Shown here: piece after piece, positions 40,536 through 54,444 of the stretch
Layout: each line of letters begins with the position of its first letter
Numbering within the stretch: the stretch's first letter is position 1
Assembly (NCBI GenBank): GCA_951406725.2
Contig: OX597835.1
Coordinates: forward strand, 29,078,001 to 29,142,000
From: Octopus vulgaris
Taxonomy: Eukaryota
DNA length: 64,000 bases
Direction: 5' to 3'
The notes under the pieces: model-generated
Told to the model about the DNA's origin: nothing
The model's database searches: none
The model's input: the letters and a program-made list of their open reading frames with translations, nothing else
Made by a program: the position numbers and the translations under genes

Positions 40536-41433
40536 AAACTATTCTGCACATACAATAACCTTCATACCAACAACCGAACGCACCTCCATCACTCCATCAT
40601 CAGCTGTCCCACGGATATCACAATGGTTTCGACACTTGGGCAGAAGTCAACTATTTTCTCAGAAGACTTATACACACACATACACCCATATACACATGCA
40701 CACATATACGAGGGAGTGTTGAAAAGTTCCTGGCTTTCGGGAAAGGCAAATACAGGAGGATCAATTAATTATGATTTTGTCGTTGATTTCTTGAAATTGT
40801 GGAGTAGATGAACAGCCGACAACGGGTGAAGGGTCGTTCTTTAAGTTACTTGTCTATTCTTGTTTTCCATTTGTTTCTCCCGTTGTTCGCATACTTAAGT
40901 TTGCCTCGTATTTCATGTTGTTTACGTTTTGTGACGTACTGTACCCATATATGCATATATATTTTATTTTTATTATATATATGTATATATATATATATAT
41001 GCATACATACATGCATACATACATACACACACATAGCGTGGCTGTGTGGTAAGAAGCATGCTCCCAAACCATATGATTTTGTTGGTGTGTTTAAGTCCCC
41101 ATAACTTAGCGATTCTGTTTAGAATGAATAAGTCCTGGGGTCGATTTCTTTGACTAAAAACCCTTTAAGTTGATCCCCCAGCATGGCCCCAGTCAAATGA
41201 TTGAAACAAGTCAAAGAATAAGAGAAAGAAATATATACACGAGGTGGGTGCTGAAAGCTCCTGGCTTTAAGGGCATCGCTAAAGGCCTTGTTGGAGTCCC
41301 AACCTTCGACGTTCTTTTACAATGCTTATAAAAACTGAAGGACTGCTGCAATATATGTCGAATAAATCATAATTAACTGATCCTCATCTATTTTCTTTTA
41401 TCCAAAGCAAGGAACGTTTCAGCACTTGCTCGT

Positions 41434-42275
41434 ATGTATGTAAGCATGTATGTATGTATGTATGTATGTATGTATGTATGTATGTATGTATGTATGCATA
41501 TAAGTATGTATGTATGTATGCGTGTATGTATATATGTATGCGTGTATGTATATATGTATGCATATAAGTATGTATGTATGAATGCATATAAGTATGTATG
41601 TATGTATGTATGCATGTATGTATGTATGCATGTATGTATGTATATATGTATGCATATAAGTATGTGTGTATGTATATATGTATTATGTATGTATGTATGC
41701 ATGCATGTATGTATGAGTGTATGTATGCATATAAGTATGTATGTATTTGTGTATGTATGTATGCATATAAATATGTATGTATGTATGTATGTATGTATGC
41801 ATGTATGCATATAAGTATGTATGTATGTATGCGTGTATGTATATATGTATGCATATAAGTATGTATGTATGAATGCATATAAGTATGTATGCATGTATGT
41901 ATGTATGTATGCATGTATGTATGTATGTATGCATGTATGTATATATGTATGCATATAAGTATGTGTGTATGTATATATGTATTATGTATGTATGTATGTA
42001 TGCATGCATGTATGTATGAGTGTATGTATGCATATAAGTATGTATGTATTTGTGTATGTATGTATGCATATAAATATGTATGTATGTATGTATGTATGCA
42101 TGTATGCATATAAGTATATATGTATGTATGTATGCATATAAGTATGTATGTATGTATGTATGCATGTATGCATATAAGTATGTATGTATGTATGTATGCA
42201 TATAAGTATGTATGTATGTATGTATGTATGTATGTATGTATGTATGTATGTATGTATGTATGTATGCATGTATGT
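41434..42275. repeat. Complex (TATG)n satellite with an internal ~290-bp duplication
   Basis: The block containing GAATGCATATAAG...GAGTG...TAAATATG occurs twice. Confidence 0.85.
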
Positions 42276-42492
42276 GCGGGGGAAGGAGGTGCTGAAAAGT
42301 TCCTGGCTTTAAGGGTGTCATGAAAAGCCTGGTTGGAGGCACAACCTTCCAACTTCATTTTAAGGACTTCTGCAGTAAGTGAATGAATTTGTGAGGGGAA
42401 TAATTTGCACAAAATCACAATTAACTGATCCGCCTGTATATTCTTTTACTCAAAGCCAGGAACTTTTCACCACACCTCCGTTTATTGACTGA

Positions 42493-42878
42493 CTAGCAGT
42501 ATCGCCCGGCGTTGCTCAGGTTTGTATGGGAAATAACTATAAAGCATTTTTAGAGAGTTATAGCCAAAAAATAGCAAAAAAATGGAAAGAAAATGATGGT
42601 AAATTTTTTTTTTGAGAGTTAAAAAAGGTGGAGTTGCGTCCCCTAGACGGTCTGTGGTTTGGGTTTCTGATTCTCGACCCCATGTCGAATTTATCGATTT
42701 TTTTCAGAACTGGGGAACTTTTCAAAATTTTCGCTGCGTTAGTTTTGAATTATGACATTGGGCTATGTGTGTGTCAAGTTTCATCAGAATCGGTTGAAAG
42801 CCGTGGTCAGGGTGAGGGTACAACCTAACAGACACACAGAAACACACACAGACAAACTGCCGTTTATATATAGAGAGA
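42493..42878 (-). mobile_element. Non-autonomous Helitron
   Basis: Minus strand starts TC(TCTCTATATATAAA), ends with a GC-rich hairpin and CTAG, and is inserted between A and T. Confidence 0.8.
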
Positions 42879-43132
42879 TTTTGTTCTAAATCAACGTTTC
42901 TTAACCATTTTCACCTATGGACCATTTTGGTACCTATTTTACTTGGATGGAACCTCGTAGACTTTCGATGTTAAAATACCCTTAAAGTTTTATATTTTTA
43001 TTATTAAATATTATTAAAAATAGTATTTTTATAAAAAAACTGTCAGTGGCTGTGTGGTTAGAAGTTTACTTCCTGACAACAAGACTAAAGCCTTGTCAAT
43101 AGATTTGGTAGATGGAAACTGAAAGAAGCTCG

Positions 43133-43168
<36 letters not shown>

Positions 43169-43299
43169 ATAAATTAAATAGCGAGATACTATTGAGAATC
43201 CAATAATATATTTATATCATATTAGCATAATATCATATAACATAAGCAATTATTAAAAAAAACCATAAAAGGCCAACAAATTGTTTCGACTCTCTTTTT

Positions 43300-43698
43300 C
43301 TCTTTTCTCTTTTTACTTGTTTCAGTCATTTTGACTGCGGCCATGCTGGTGCACCGCCTTTAATCGAGCAACTCGACCCCGGGACTTATTTTTTGTAAGC
43401 CCAGTACATATTCTATCGATCTCTTTTGCCGAACCGCAAAGTGACGGGGACATAAACACACCAGCATCGGTTGTCAAGCATTGCTAGGGGGACAAGCACA
43501 GACACACACACATACACGCACATACACATATATACATATATACGACGGGCTTCTTTCAGTTTCCGTCTACCAAATCCACTCACAAGGCTTTGGTCGGCCC
43601 GAGGCTATAGTAGAAGACACCTGCCCAAGTTGCCACGCAGTGGGACTGAACCCGGAACCATGTGGTTGGTAAACAAGCTACTTACCACACAGCCACTC
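43300..43698 (-). mobile_element. SINE family A
   Basis: Full-length reverse copy. Confidence 0.9.
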
Positions 43699-44109
43699 AG
43701 TTCTCTTATATATAAAGTCACTTCAGGTCATGATTTAAATATAGACGAAATTCCGTGTGAATATATTTATTCTTTTAAGAAACTGATATCCTTGGATCAG
43801 ATTCTTAAAAGAACACTCTCCGTTGTTCCTTCTATTTGCCGAAATGTGTAAGGACCATGTCGTGTCCCCACTTACATCGGCCTCCTCTCAGTCACACAAT
43901 ACGTCATGGCCTTAAAAAACCGAAAAACATGTTAGTGGTTTGTTTTCCATCATATTCTTTTTATTCCTTGACGAATCCACGATGACAGTTTAGACCTAAA
44001 ACTGAATATTTCTGGAGGAAACAGCTACGTGGGAAAGGCTATAAGGAATGAAACTAATTTCAAACGGTTAAGAGAAGGTAGTGAGGGATTTTCAACTCAT
44101 GAATATCTA

Positions 44110-44520
44110 CCTGTCTACCTAGCTACCCACCTATCTATCTAATTACCTACCTACCTACCTACCTACCTACCTACCTACCTACCTACCTACCTACCTACCT
44201 ACCTACCTACCTTACTACCTACCTACCTACCTACCTACCTACATGCCTGCCTACCTACCTACCTACCTACCTACCAACCAACTTACCTACCTACTTACCT
44301 ACCTACCTGCCTGCCTGCCTACCTACCTACCTACCTACCAACTTACCTACCTGCCTACCTACCTACCAACCTGCCTACCTACCTGCCTGCCTGCCTACCT
44401 ACCTACCTACCAACTTACCTACCTACCTACCAACCTGCCTACCTACCTACCTACCTACCTACCTACCTACCTACCTACCTACCTACCTACCTATCTACCT
44501 ACCTACCCACTTATCTGCCT
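44110..44520. repeat. (CCTA)n microsatellite
   Basis: Seen directly in the sequence. Confidence 0.95.
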
Positions 44521-44537
44521 ACTGTCATACATACATA

Positions 44538-45336
44538 TGCACAAATGGGAAAGAGATGCAGGAAAAGCAGTAAATGGGACAAAGGATGCATATTTGTGGG
44601 GTGCACACTGAAGATATCACCCACATCATAAGCAGTTGTCCGAAAATCTCATCGCGGTATTATCTACCGATGGGATATGAGGTTGTAGCTAGGACACTAT
44701 AATGAAATCCGTCGGAAGGAAAATACCGAGGACAAAGAAGTAAGAACCCAAAGTATGGTAGAAACCATAGCCCCTCACAATAAAAAGAAGTCCTGGTAGA
44801 ATGTCCCAGTGAAGACCTCAATAAAATGTAAGTACAACATACCTGATATAATGATTTGGGATTGAGAATAGAAACTGCGCAGCGGATGTTAATATAAAGC
44901 TGAAGATCGGTGAAAAAGAGACTACCTACACTGAACTATTGAGAAATCTATCCAGATTACAAGTGCAGATGTATACTTGTAATTGTTGTGGCACTGGGAT
45001 ATGTAGCACACTACCTAAAAAACAATCTTGAGAAATTAGGCTTCCCAAAAGCAGAAAGGAGAAAGCTAATTCGGAGATAACAGATCCAATCCATCACCGG
45101 AACTGTAAAAATCTGTAAAACTTTCCAGAAGTTTAAATATATATGAACATGTCTAGATATGCAACTATATGCATGAGAATGCATACATAAAACAAAACAT
45201 ACAAATCTGCACATATACATACATGCAAACAAAAATACCCTGTTTTGATGTTGAAATTCCAATGAAGGAGCCTTGGAACTAGGTTAGAAACCGGTTCTTT
45301 CTCTATTGGCAACAAATTTTGAAATAAAACTGAAAA
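44538..45336 (+). pseudogene. 3' end of an RLE-class (R4/Dong-like) non-LTR retrotransposon
   Basis: CGVHTEDITHIISSCPK (CCHC), NIPDIMIWD (PD motif), C-terminal GTVKICKTF. Flanked by (TACA)n. Confidence 0.8.
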
Positions 45337-45399
45337 TACATACATCGTATGGGAAGAAGTATGTCGAGACTGCTGACTCAAAGGAATACTGCTAGAGCC

Positions 45400-45760
45400 T
45401 AACAATAAAAACTGCCACCAAATTAAAACATAACTGGCTCAGCTTTGTTGTTTGGACTCACGCATGAAAATCACACTTTATAATACTTTGCGCACTTGAT
45501 GTCAATGTGGTGAGAAAAATGCATGAAAAGGCGGATAACAGCGGACCATTGAAGACAAGTTTGCAGATCCAGTATGCAAGATACCCGTTCAGCTTCATAC
45601 TCGTTATTGTTGGAACTACAAGTTCAATACCAGCCTGCCTGGATCAAATTGTAACTGAATTTGGATTGGTGAAGTAAAAACGTATCTCCTTAACTCATAA
45701 GTTACAAATGGCTACTATATCTGGAAACTTTAAAATTTGGTAAACGCTCTAAGGATACCG
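45400..45760 (+). pseudogene. Older RLE-class LINE 3' fragment
   Basis: YPFSFILVIVG...KLQMATISG.FKI resembles the C-terminus of the upstream copy. Confidence 0.5.
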
Positions 45761-45908
45761 AGGAGGACCACTTACACAGCAGACGATGACAATTTTCTTT
45801 TCATTACGAACTTGCCCCGGGAAGGTGGCCGGTCAAAAATATACTAAAAGTTAGGAGAATGAGTGAATATCTACCCACCCATCCATCCATACCACATTTA
45901 TATATATA

Positions 45909-46092
45909 GTTTTGTCAGTGAACAAGTCGCGGTTTCAAAGCGGCGAAAATATTTTGATAGAAATTAAACTTAAATGTGAAACTAACGGTTTTTGTGCGTT
46001 TTTAAATAGCTTACAAGCATCTTCCACACCGCAATTGTTTTTGTTTCAGCACACGATCTCAAATTAAGTCACTTGCTATGCAAGTACATCTC
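45909..46092 (+). mobile_element. (TA)n-flanked element with G3-C8 hammerhead variant; same family as 51320-51515
   Basis: TTTGTCA-GTGAACA-A-GTCGC..GCGGC-GAAA-ATAT-TT-TGATAGA. Confidence 0.7.
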
Positions 46093-46096
46093 GGGA

Positions 46097-46134
<38 letters not shown>

Positions 46135-46259
46135 AAATGTAATATGTGACAATTATTCGGTAGCCATGATAAAACTCCGAATAATTGTCACATTTTACAT
46201 TTACAGATAAATTCCTCTATTTACATAATACCGAGGTCTCTTTCATTCTTTTGTTGTTT

Positions 46260-46297
<38 letters not shown>

Positions 46298-46330
46298 GTC
46301 TCTCTGTCACTTTTGCTCTCTGTCTTTCTG

Positions 46331-46402
<72 letters not shown>

Positions 46403-46629
46403 CCTATCTACTTACCTATCTATCTATCCATCCATCTGACTATCTATCCAACTATCTATCTATCCAACTATCTATCTATTTCTCCTTCCTCCCCTCTCTC
46501 TCTGTCTCTCTCTCTTGATATCCTTTTTGATATGATGAGAGTGATATAGTAATTAGTATTCTTAGTGTGGTCGCATTGAACTTCCTCATCTAACGTACGG
46601 AAATTAATACATAGGCACAGCAGCACTCG

Positions 46630-46702
<73 letters not shown>

Positions 46703-47117
46703 TGTGCGCGCGCGTGTTTGTGTTCCTGTTTTATATTATAGTCTTTAACTAATTCGCTGCCACAAATCTGCGGGGAAATCCTACCTAATCAGTTATTATT
46801 TGAAACATGCAGCGTTTAATATGTTTAGTAAGTAATATTCATAGACAAATTTAAGCAAACATTCTACCGCGTCTCTCGGTTGAAGGCACCTGCTGGCAGA
46901 ATCGTTGGCGTGCCGGAAGAAATGCCTAGCGGCAATTGTACCGGATTTATATTCCGAGTTCAAATTTCGCCGACGTCGCCTACGCCTTTCATTCCTTCGG
47001 GGTCGATAAAATAAGTGCCAGTTGAGAGCTGGGATCGATGTAATCGTCTAACCCCTCTCCTTCAAATTTCAAAATTTGAGACCTTGCACCTATAGTAGAT
47101 ATATATATATATATAAT

Positions 47118-47429
47118 AAAATAGAAAATGGAACAAGAACGTAAGACATCCGGACAACTAGGTGATACAAAAGGGGACAAATAAACATCCAGACAGGCGA
47201 TACAAAAAAAAACAAAACACGGAGGGGTCATTCGAAGCCTTTTATCTTCAGTCAAGAACCGGATCATGCTCACAATTTCGGCTGATTAATCTTGAGATTG
47301 CTCTAATCTGGCCAGCGCCAAGAAAAAACTAAGCTAAGAGCATTAGATTCCTTGGAAAAAAGCATCGAATGTATACGAAAACAAGAACGGAAAAACAGAC
47401 GATGTTACACGAATATAAATACAAAATAA

Positions 47430-47524
<95 letters not shown>

Positions 47525-47933
47525 CCATAAGGCTTAATTTCCATACACGCCAGCTGAATTCAATTCGTTCCCAGTAGAAAGACGCCTGTTGTTACGTCCT
47601 GTTACTATTATTATTATTATTATTGTTTTTATTGTATTTTGTATTCATATTCGTGTAACATCTTGTGTTTTTCCGTCCTTGTTTCGTATACATTCGTTGC
47701 TTTTACCCCAGGAATCTAATGCTCTTAGCTTAGTTTTTCCTTGGGGCTGGCCAGATTGGAGCAATCTCAAGATTAATCAGCCGAAATTGTGAGGATGATC
47801 CGGTTCTTGACTGAAGATAAAAGGCTTCGAATGACCCGTCCGTGTTTTGTTTTGTATCGTCTATCTGGATGTTCTGTTGTCCCCTTTTGTATCACTTGGT
47901 TGTCCGGATGTTTTGCGTTCTTGTCCCATTTTG

Positions 47934-47940
<7 letters not shown>
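47118..47940. mobile_element. Two inverted copies of a ~320-bp element (47118-47435 minus, 47622-47940 plus) with (TA)n at the outer ends
   Basis: Direct reverse-complement match with scattered substitutions. Confidence 0.85.
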
Positions 47941-47985
<45 letters not shown>

Positions 47986-48012
47986 CGGCGTACGTACACT
48001 TTGTTCTCTTAT

Positions 48013-48090
<78 letters not shown>

Positions 48091-48111
48091 ATGTGTGTGT
48101 GTGTGTGTGAA

Positions 48112-48420
48112 GGCGCAATGGCCCAGTGGTTAGGGCAGCGGACTCGCGGTCGTCGGATCACGGTTTCGACTCCCAGACCGGGCATTGTGAGTGTTTATTG
48201 AGCTAAAACACCTAAAAGCTCCACGAGGCTCCGGCAGGAGATGGTGGCGGTCCCTGCTGTACTCTTTCGCCATAACTTTCTCTCACTCTTTCTTCTTTTG
48301 GTCTGCTCACTTAGCCAGCGGGATGGCGTCATTTGAAGGATAATACAATGCGAAGCGCATTGTGACCAGCGATGTGTAGCAAGCAACATCTGATAGCCTG
48401 GTCGGTCACGGTGATCACCC
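48112..48420 (+). mobile_element. tRNA-derived SINE family B; partial reverse copy at 52010-52158
   Basis: Head GGCGCAATGGCCCAGTGGTTAGGGCAGCGGAC and B box GGTTTCGACTCC. Confidence 0.8.
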
Positions 48421-48504
48421 TGATATATATATATATATATATATATATTGTATAAAAGGGCTTAGTAAAATAATTAATAACTAATTAATTTTACCCTCAA
48501 TTGT

Positions 48505-48550
<46 letters not shown>

Positions 48551-48660
48551 TACATGCATTAAAGACTTTTTCACTTCCCGAGCGTTATACTAATACATCT
48601 GTTTGTTGTCTACAGAATCGGTCTTCGTCTTTTGAATTTTTTTGTGAATTTTCCACCTAT

Positions 48661-50322
<1,662 letters not shown>

Positions 50323-50423
50323 ATATATATATATTAATAATAGAGTTTTTTATAAGTAAATTTTTATTTAGATTATATAGATTATTTATATCTTTAAAAT
50401 ATTGATTATATTTTAGGTTTTGA

Positions 50424-50477
50424 AACCACCTGAAGAATGTCTCATAGAAGTGCTGACACGAAACGATCGTAGTGGTT
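50424..50477 (+). ncRNA. Canonical-core type I hammerhead ribozyme with palindromic stem III, in a (TA)n-flanked ~330-bp element (50336-50663)
   Basis: AACCAC-CTGAAGA-aTGTC(13 nt)GACAc-GAAA-CGATCG-TA-GTGGTT. GUA triplet and ACGATCGT palindrome. Confidence 0.85.
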
Positions 50478-50660
50478 ATTTTAATTATATTTAATTTTAT
50501 AAATTTTTTTATGTATTGGCTTAAGTCTTTCTTTGTTTGATTTGCATAATAGTGGTTTTGTCTCTAATTAATATAATATAATATTTTACTATAAAATTGG
50601 ATTCAATCCTAAATCTGATTTTTCCCTGTAAATTTGGATTTATTCCCTAATATTTATTAT

Positions 50661-50703
<43 letters not shown>

Positions 50704-50715
50704 TGTATATATATA

Positions 50716-50819
<104 letters not shown>

Positions 50820-51254
50820 GTTTAAATATTTGTTGTGCAAGATTTTTTATGTGAAGTCGTGTGTTGAAACAGATTTCGTGTTATTTTGCTTCAGTTTTAT
50901 TTATTTTTTTACATTAATCTTAATCTTATTTCGGTCAGAGTTCTTTCGTCACACTCCTGTGACCGCATCAGTGGTCCTTTGTTTTCTTCTTTCTTATTTG
51001 TGTCTCTTCTTACTAACCGTCAGCCATTTTGTATTTCAAAATGGAAATACAAAATGGCTGACGGTTAGTAAGGAGAGACACAAAGAAAAAACAAAGGACC
51101 ACTGATGCGGCCACAGGAGTGTGACGAAAGTGCTCTGGCCGAAATAAGATTAAGATTAATGTAAAAAATAAATAACACTGAAGCAAAATAACACCAAATA
51201 TATAGTGCGTGTGTTTTTATTGGCTAAACTGGCAAAATGACCATTCCGAAATAT

Positions 51255-51260
<6 letters not shown>
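50820..51260. mobile_element. (TA)n-flanked foldback element with ~155-bp inverted arms, each carrying a hammerhead-like motif
   Basis: Arms 50878-51037 and 51044-51194. Motifs at 50933-50977 (minus) and 51096-51140 (plus). Confidence 0.7.
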
Positions 51261-51315
<55 letters not shown>

Positions 51316-51328
51316 TGCAGCACGGATT

Positions 51329-51378
51329 TTTGTCAGTGAACAGGTCGCGGATTTTAGCGACGAAAGTATTTTGACAAA
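51329..51378 (+). ncRNA. Type I hammerhead with G3-C8 covariant core
   Basis: TTTGTCA-GTGAACA-G-GTCGC(ggatttta)GCGAC-GAAA-GTAT-TT-TGACAAA. 7-bp stem I and 5-bp stem II. Confidence 0.75.
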
Positions 51379-51516
51379 TTAAACTTAAATGTTGAAGTGA
51401 ATCGAATGGCTTTTGTGTGTTTCTTAAATGGCTTATAAACACCTTCCACGCTGCAATTGTTTTCGTTTCAGCACACGATCTCAGATCGAATTACTTGCTA
51501 TGCGAGTACATCTCCG

Positions 51517-51586
<70 letters not shown>

Positions 51587-51652
51587 CATACATACATATA
51601 TATATGATTTTTTCCCTCTGTCTTCCTTTCTCTGGATCTTTCCTTCTCCTAT

Positions 51653-51687
51653 GATTCCGACGAAGAGCTCCGCTTGAAACGTTAAAC
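51653..51687 (+). ncRNA. Minimal hammerhead-like motif (U4C core, ACGT stem III)
   Basis: GATT-CCGACGA-A-GAGC(tcc)GCTT-GAAA-CG-TT-AAAC. Confidence 0.6.
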
Positions 51688-52213
51688 CCTCCTTCTTTCC
51701 TTCTTTCCTGAGCGTCTAATAATACTATATTTGTTCTACGTCCTCGCGTTGTTGTGTTTTTTTGTGCTTTCTTGTTTGGATTAACTATATATATATACAT
51801 ATACACACTCACACGCATATATTCTGTGCACTCCGTCGGTTACGACGATGTGGCTTCCAGTTGATCCGATCAACGGAACAGCCTGCTCGGGAAATTAACG
51901 TGCAAATAGCTCAGCACTCCACAGACACGTGTACCTTTTACGTAATTTTCAGGGAGATTCAGCATGACACAGAGTGTGACTAGGCTGGCCCTTCGAAATA
52001 CATGTACAACAGAAACAGGAAGAGTGAAAGTTGTGGTGAAAGAGTATAGCTGGGTTGGCCAACCCACCCCCTGCCGAAGCCTCGTGGAGCTTTATATGTT
52101 TTGGAAATCGAAACCGTGATTGCAGGTCCGCTGCCCTAACCACTGGGCAATTGCGCCTACATACATACATACATACATACATACATACATACATACATAC
52201 ATACATACATACA

Positions 52214-52245
<32 letters not shown>

Positions 52246-52471
52246 CACATACATACATATATACACACATACATACATACATTTATATATACATATATAT
52301 ATATAAGTTCAGCAAAAATTTAGATTCAAATGAATATGGTACTTAATTTAGATGCACCAGAATTCTGTATGGTGTTATCCATAAAAATCCATGGGGTGAT
52401 TATAATGAAAATAAGCAACAAGAATGACTCCGGAGTCATTCTTGTTGCTTATTTTGAGCATATATATATAT

Positions 52472-52502
<31 letters not shown>

Positions 52503-52893
52503 GGCGCAGGAGTGGGTGTGTGGTAAGTAGCTTGCTAACCAGCCACATGGTTCCGTGTTCAGTCCCACTGCGTGGCATCTTGGGCAAGTGTCTTCTGCTA
52601 TAGCTCCGGGCCGACCAATGCCTTGTGAGTGGATTTGGTAGACAGAAACTGAAAGAAGCCTGTTGTATATATGTATATGTATGTGTGTGTGTTTGTGTGT
52701 CTGTGTTTGTCCCCCTAGCATTGCTTGACAACCGATGCTGGTGTGTTTGCGTCCCCGTCACTTGGCGGTTCGGCAATAACTGGGCTTACAAAGAATATAT
52801 ATATATAAAAATCCCGGGGTCGATTTGCTCGACTGAAGGCGGTGCTCCAGCATGGCCGCAGTCAAATGACTGAAACAAGTAAAAGAGTAAAAG
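52503..52893 (+). mobile_element. SINE family A
   Basis: Full-length copy. Confidence 0.9.
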
Positions 52894-54123
52894 ATATATA
52901 TATATATATATATATTTACACATACATACAGTGTATGTATGTATGTACGTATGTATGTATGTGTGTATGTATGTATGTATGTATGTATGTATGTATGTAC
53001 GTATATATGTGCTCACGTCTTCGTGCTTGTGTCTGACTCCTACTACTGCTGGGCAACCGCTGTAAGTTCGTTTCACTTGCTGCAAGTTATCCGCTCGACA
53101 AAAGATCCCATAGAATATGTATTCAACTGAAAAATGTATCAGGTTCGATCTATTCCACGCAGTCTCTTGAAGGTTGAGCCAAATATCACCCGCTCTCCGA
53201 TGAATAGAGACCGTAAAAGTTAAAAGATAAGGTTATGGAAATTATAGTTGGCTAAACACATGACTCTTATACAAAGATTACTCGAAATTATATCCTTCAT
53301 TATCATCATATGTAACAGCTTATATCACAGGTCAAACGCTATCTTTAATATCGCATGTTAGCGCTGATATGTGTATGCGTTTCTTCGTGTGTGTGTGTGC
53401 GTGTGTGTGTGTGTGTATGAATTTGTGTGCATGCATTTGCATATGTGCGTTTGCTCGTATATATGTGTACCAGTTCAGTAAGTGTGTAAGCTTTATTTGT
53501 CTGTCTACAGGGGAACATTTATCTTACACGCATGCGCCAATGTACTTGGATGCGTGATTTTTCGAGAACCTTTCTTTGCTCTCCTTCTCACTTTCTCTCT
53601 TTCTTTCTCTCTCTCTCTCTCTCTCTCTCACACACGCACGCACTTGCACGCTCTCTTTCTCACCCACCAACTCTATTTCCCCTTTCCCCACTAACCACCA
53701 CAACCAACACCAACACCACTACCATCACTGTCACCACAGCTACTAGCACCACCACCGTCACCGCCGTCACCACCACCACCACCACCACCATCACCACCGC
53801 CGTCGCCACCGCCGCCACCGCCGCCACCACCTCCACCACCAGGTTACCTATCGTATTCTAAGTGTAACGCTATAAGCCTGAAGTAGCTTAAATCACCTTT
53901 TGATTCTGACAACCTCTTTTACATGCGGAATTTCTATAAACACACCAACACCCCCACCTTCATCTCTCTCACACCCAAATCTCTCTCCCCCTTTCTCGTT
54001 TTCCCTCAGCCTATATCTAAAACTCACTTTTCTTTTTCTTTGTGTATGCAAATATATGTGTATGTATGTATGCATGCATATCAATCTCTCTCACTCTCTC
54101 TCTCCACACACACACACACACAC

Positions 54124-54173
<50 letters not shown>

Positions 54174-54444
54174 GTTTATATACACATGTATATGCAGGTA
54201 CTTATAGATACACATATATCTATCTATCTGTATGTATGCATATATATGAGTAGATATGTGTATACACACACACGTGTGGTTTTTATATGTGTGTGTGCAT
54301 GTGTGTGCGTGTGTGTGTGCGTGTGTGTATATATATATATATGTATGTATATATATATATACACACTTACATAACCCAGTCTTTCCTAGTGTCCTGCATG
54401 TAGATATACCTAGATTCTGAAGAATAATCCTGTAACAGATGAAT

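Noticed and set aside
45255-45301. Hammerhead-like CCAATGA...GAAACCGGTT in the RLE 3' UTR
   Set aside because: It lacks the essential G5 in both related copies and is better explained as the conserved LINE 3' recognition motif shared with SINE D.
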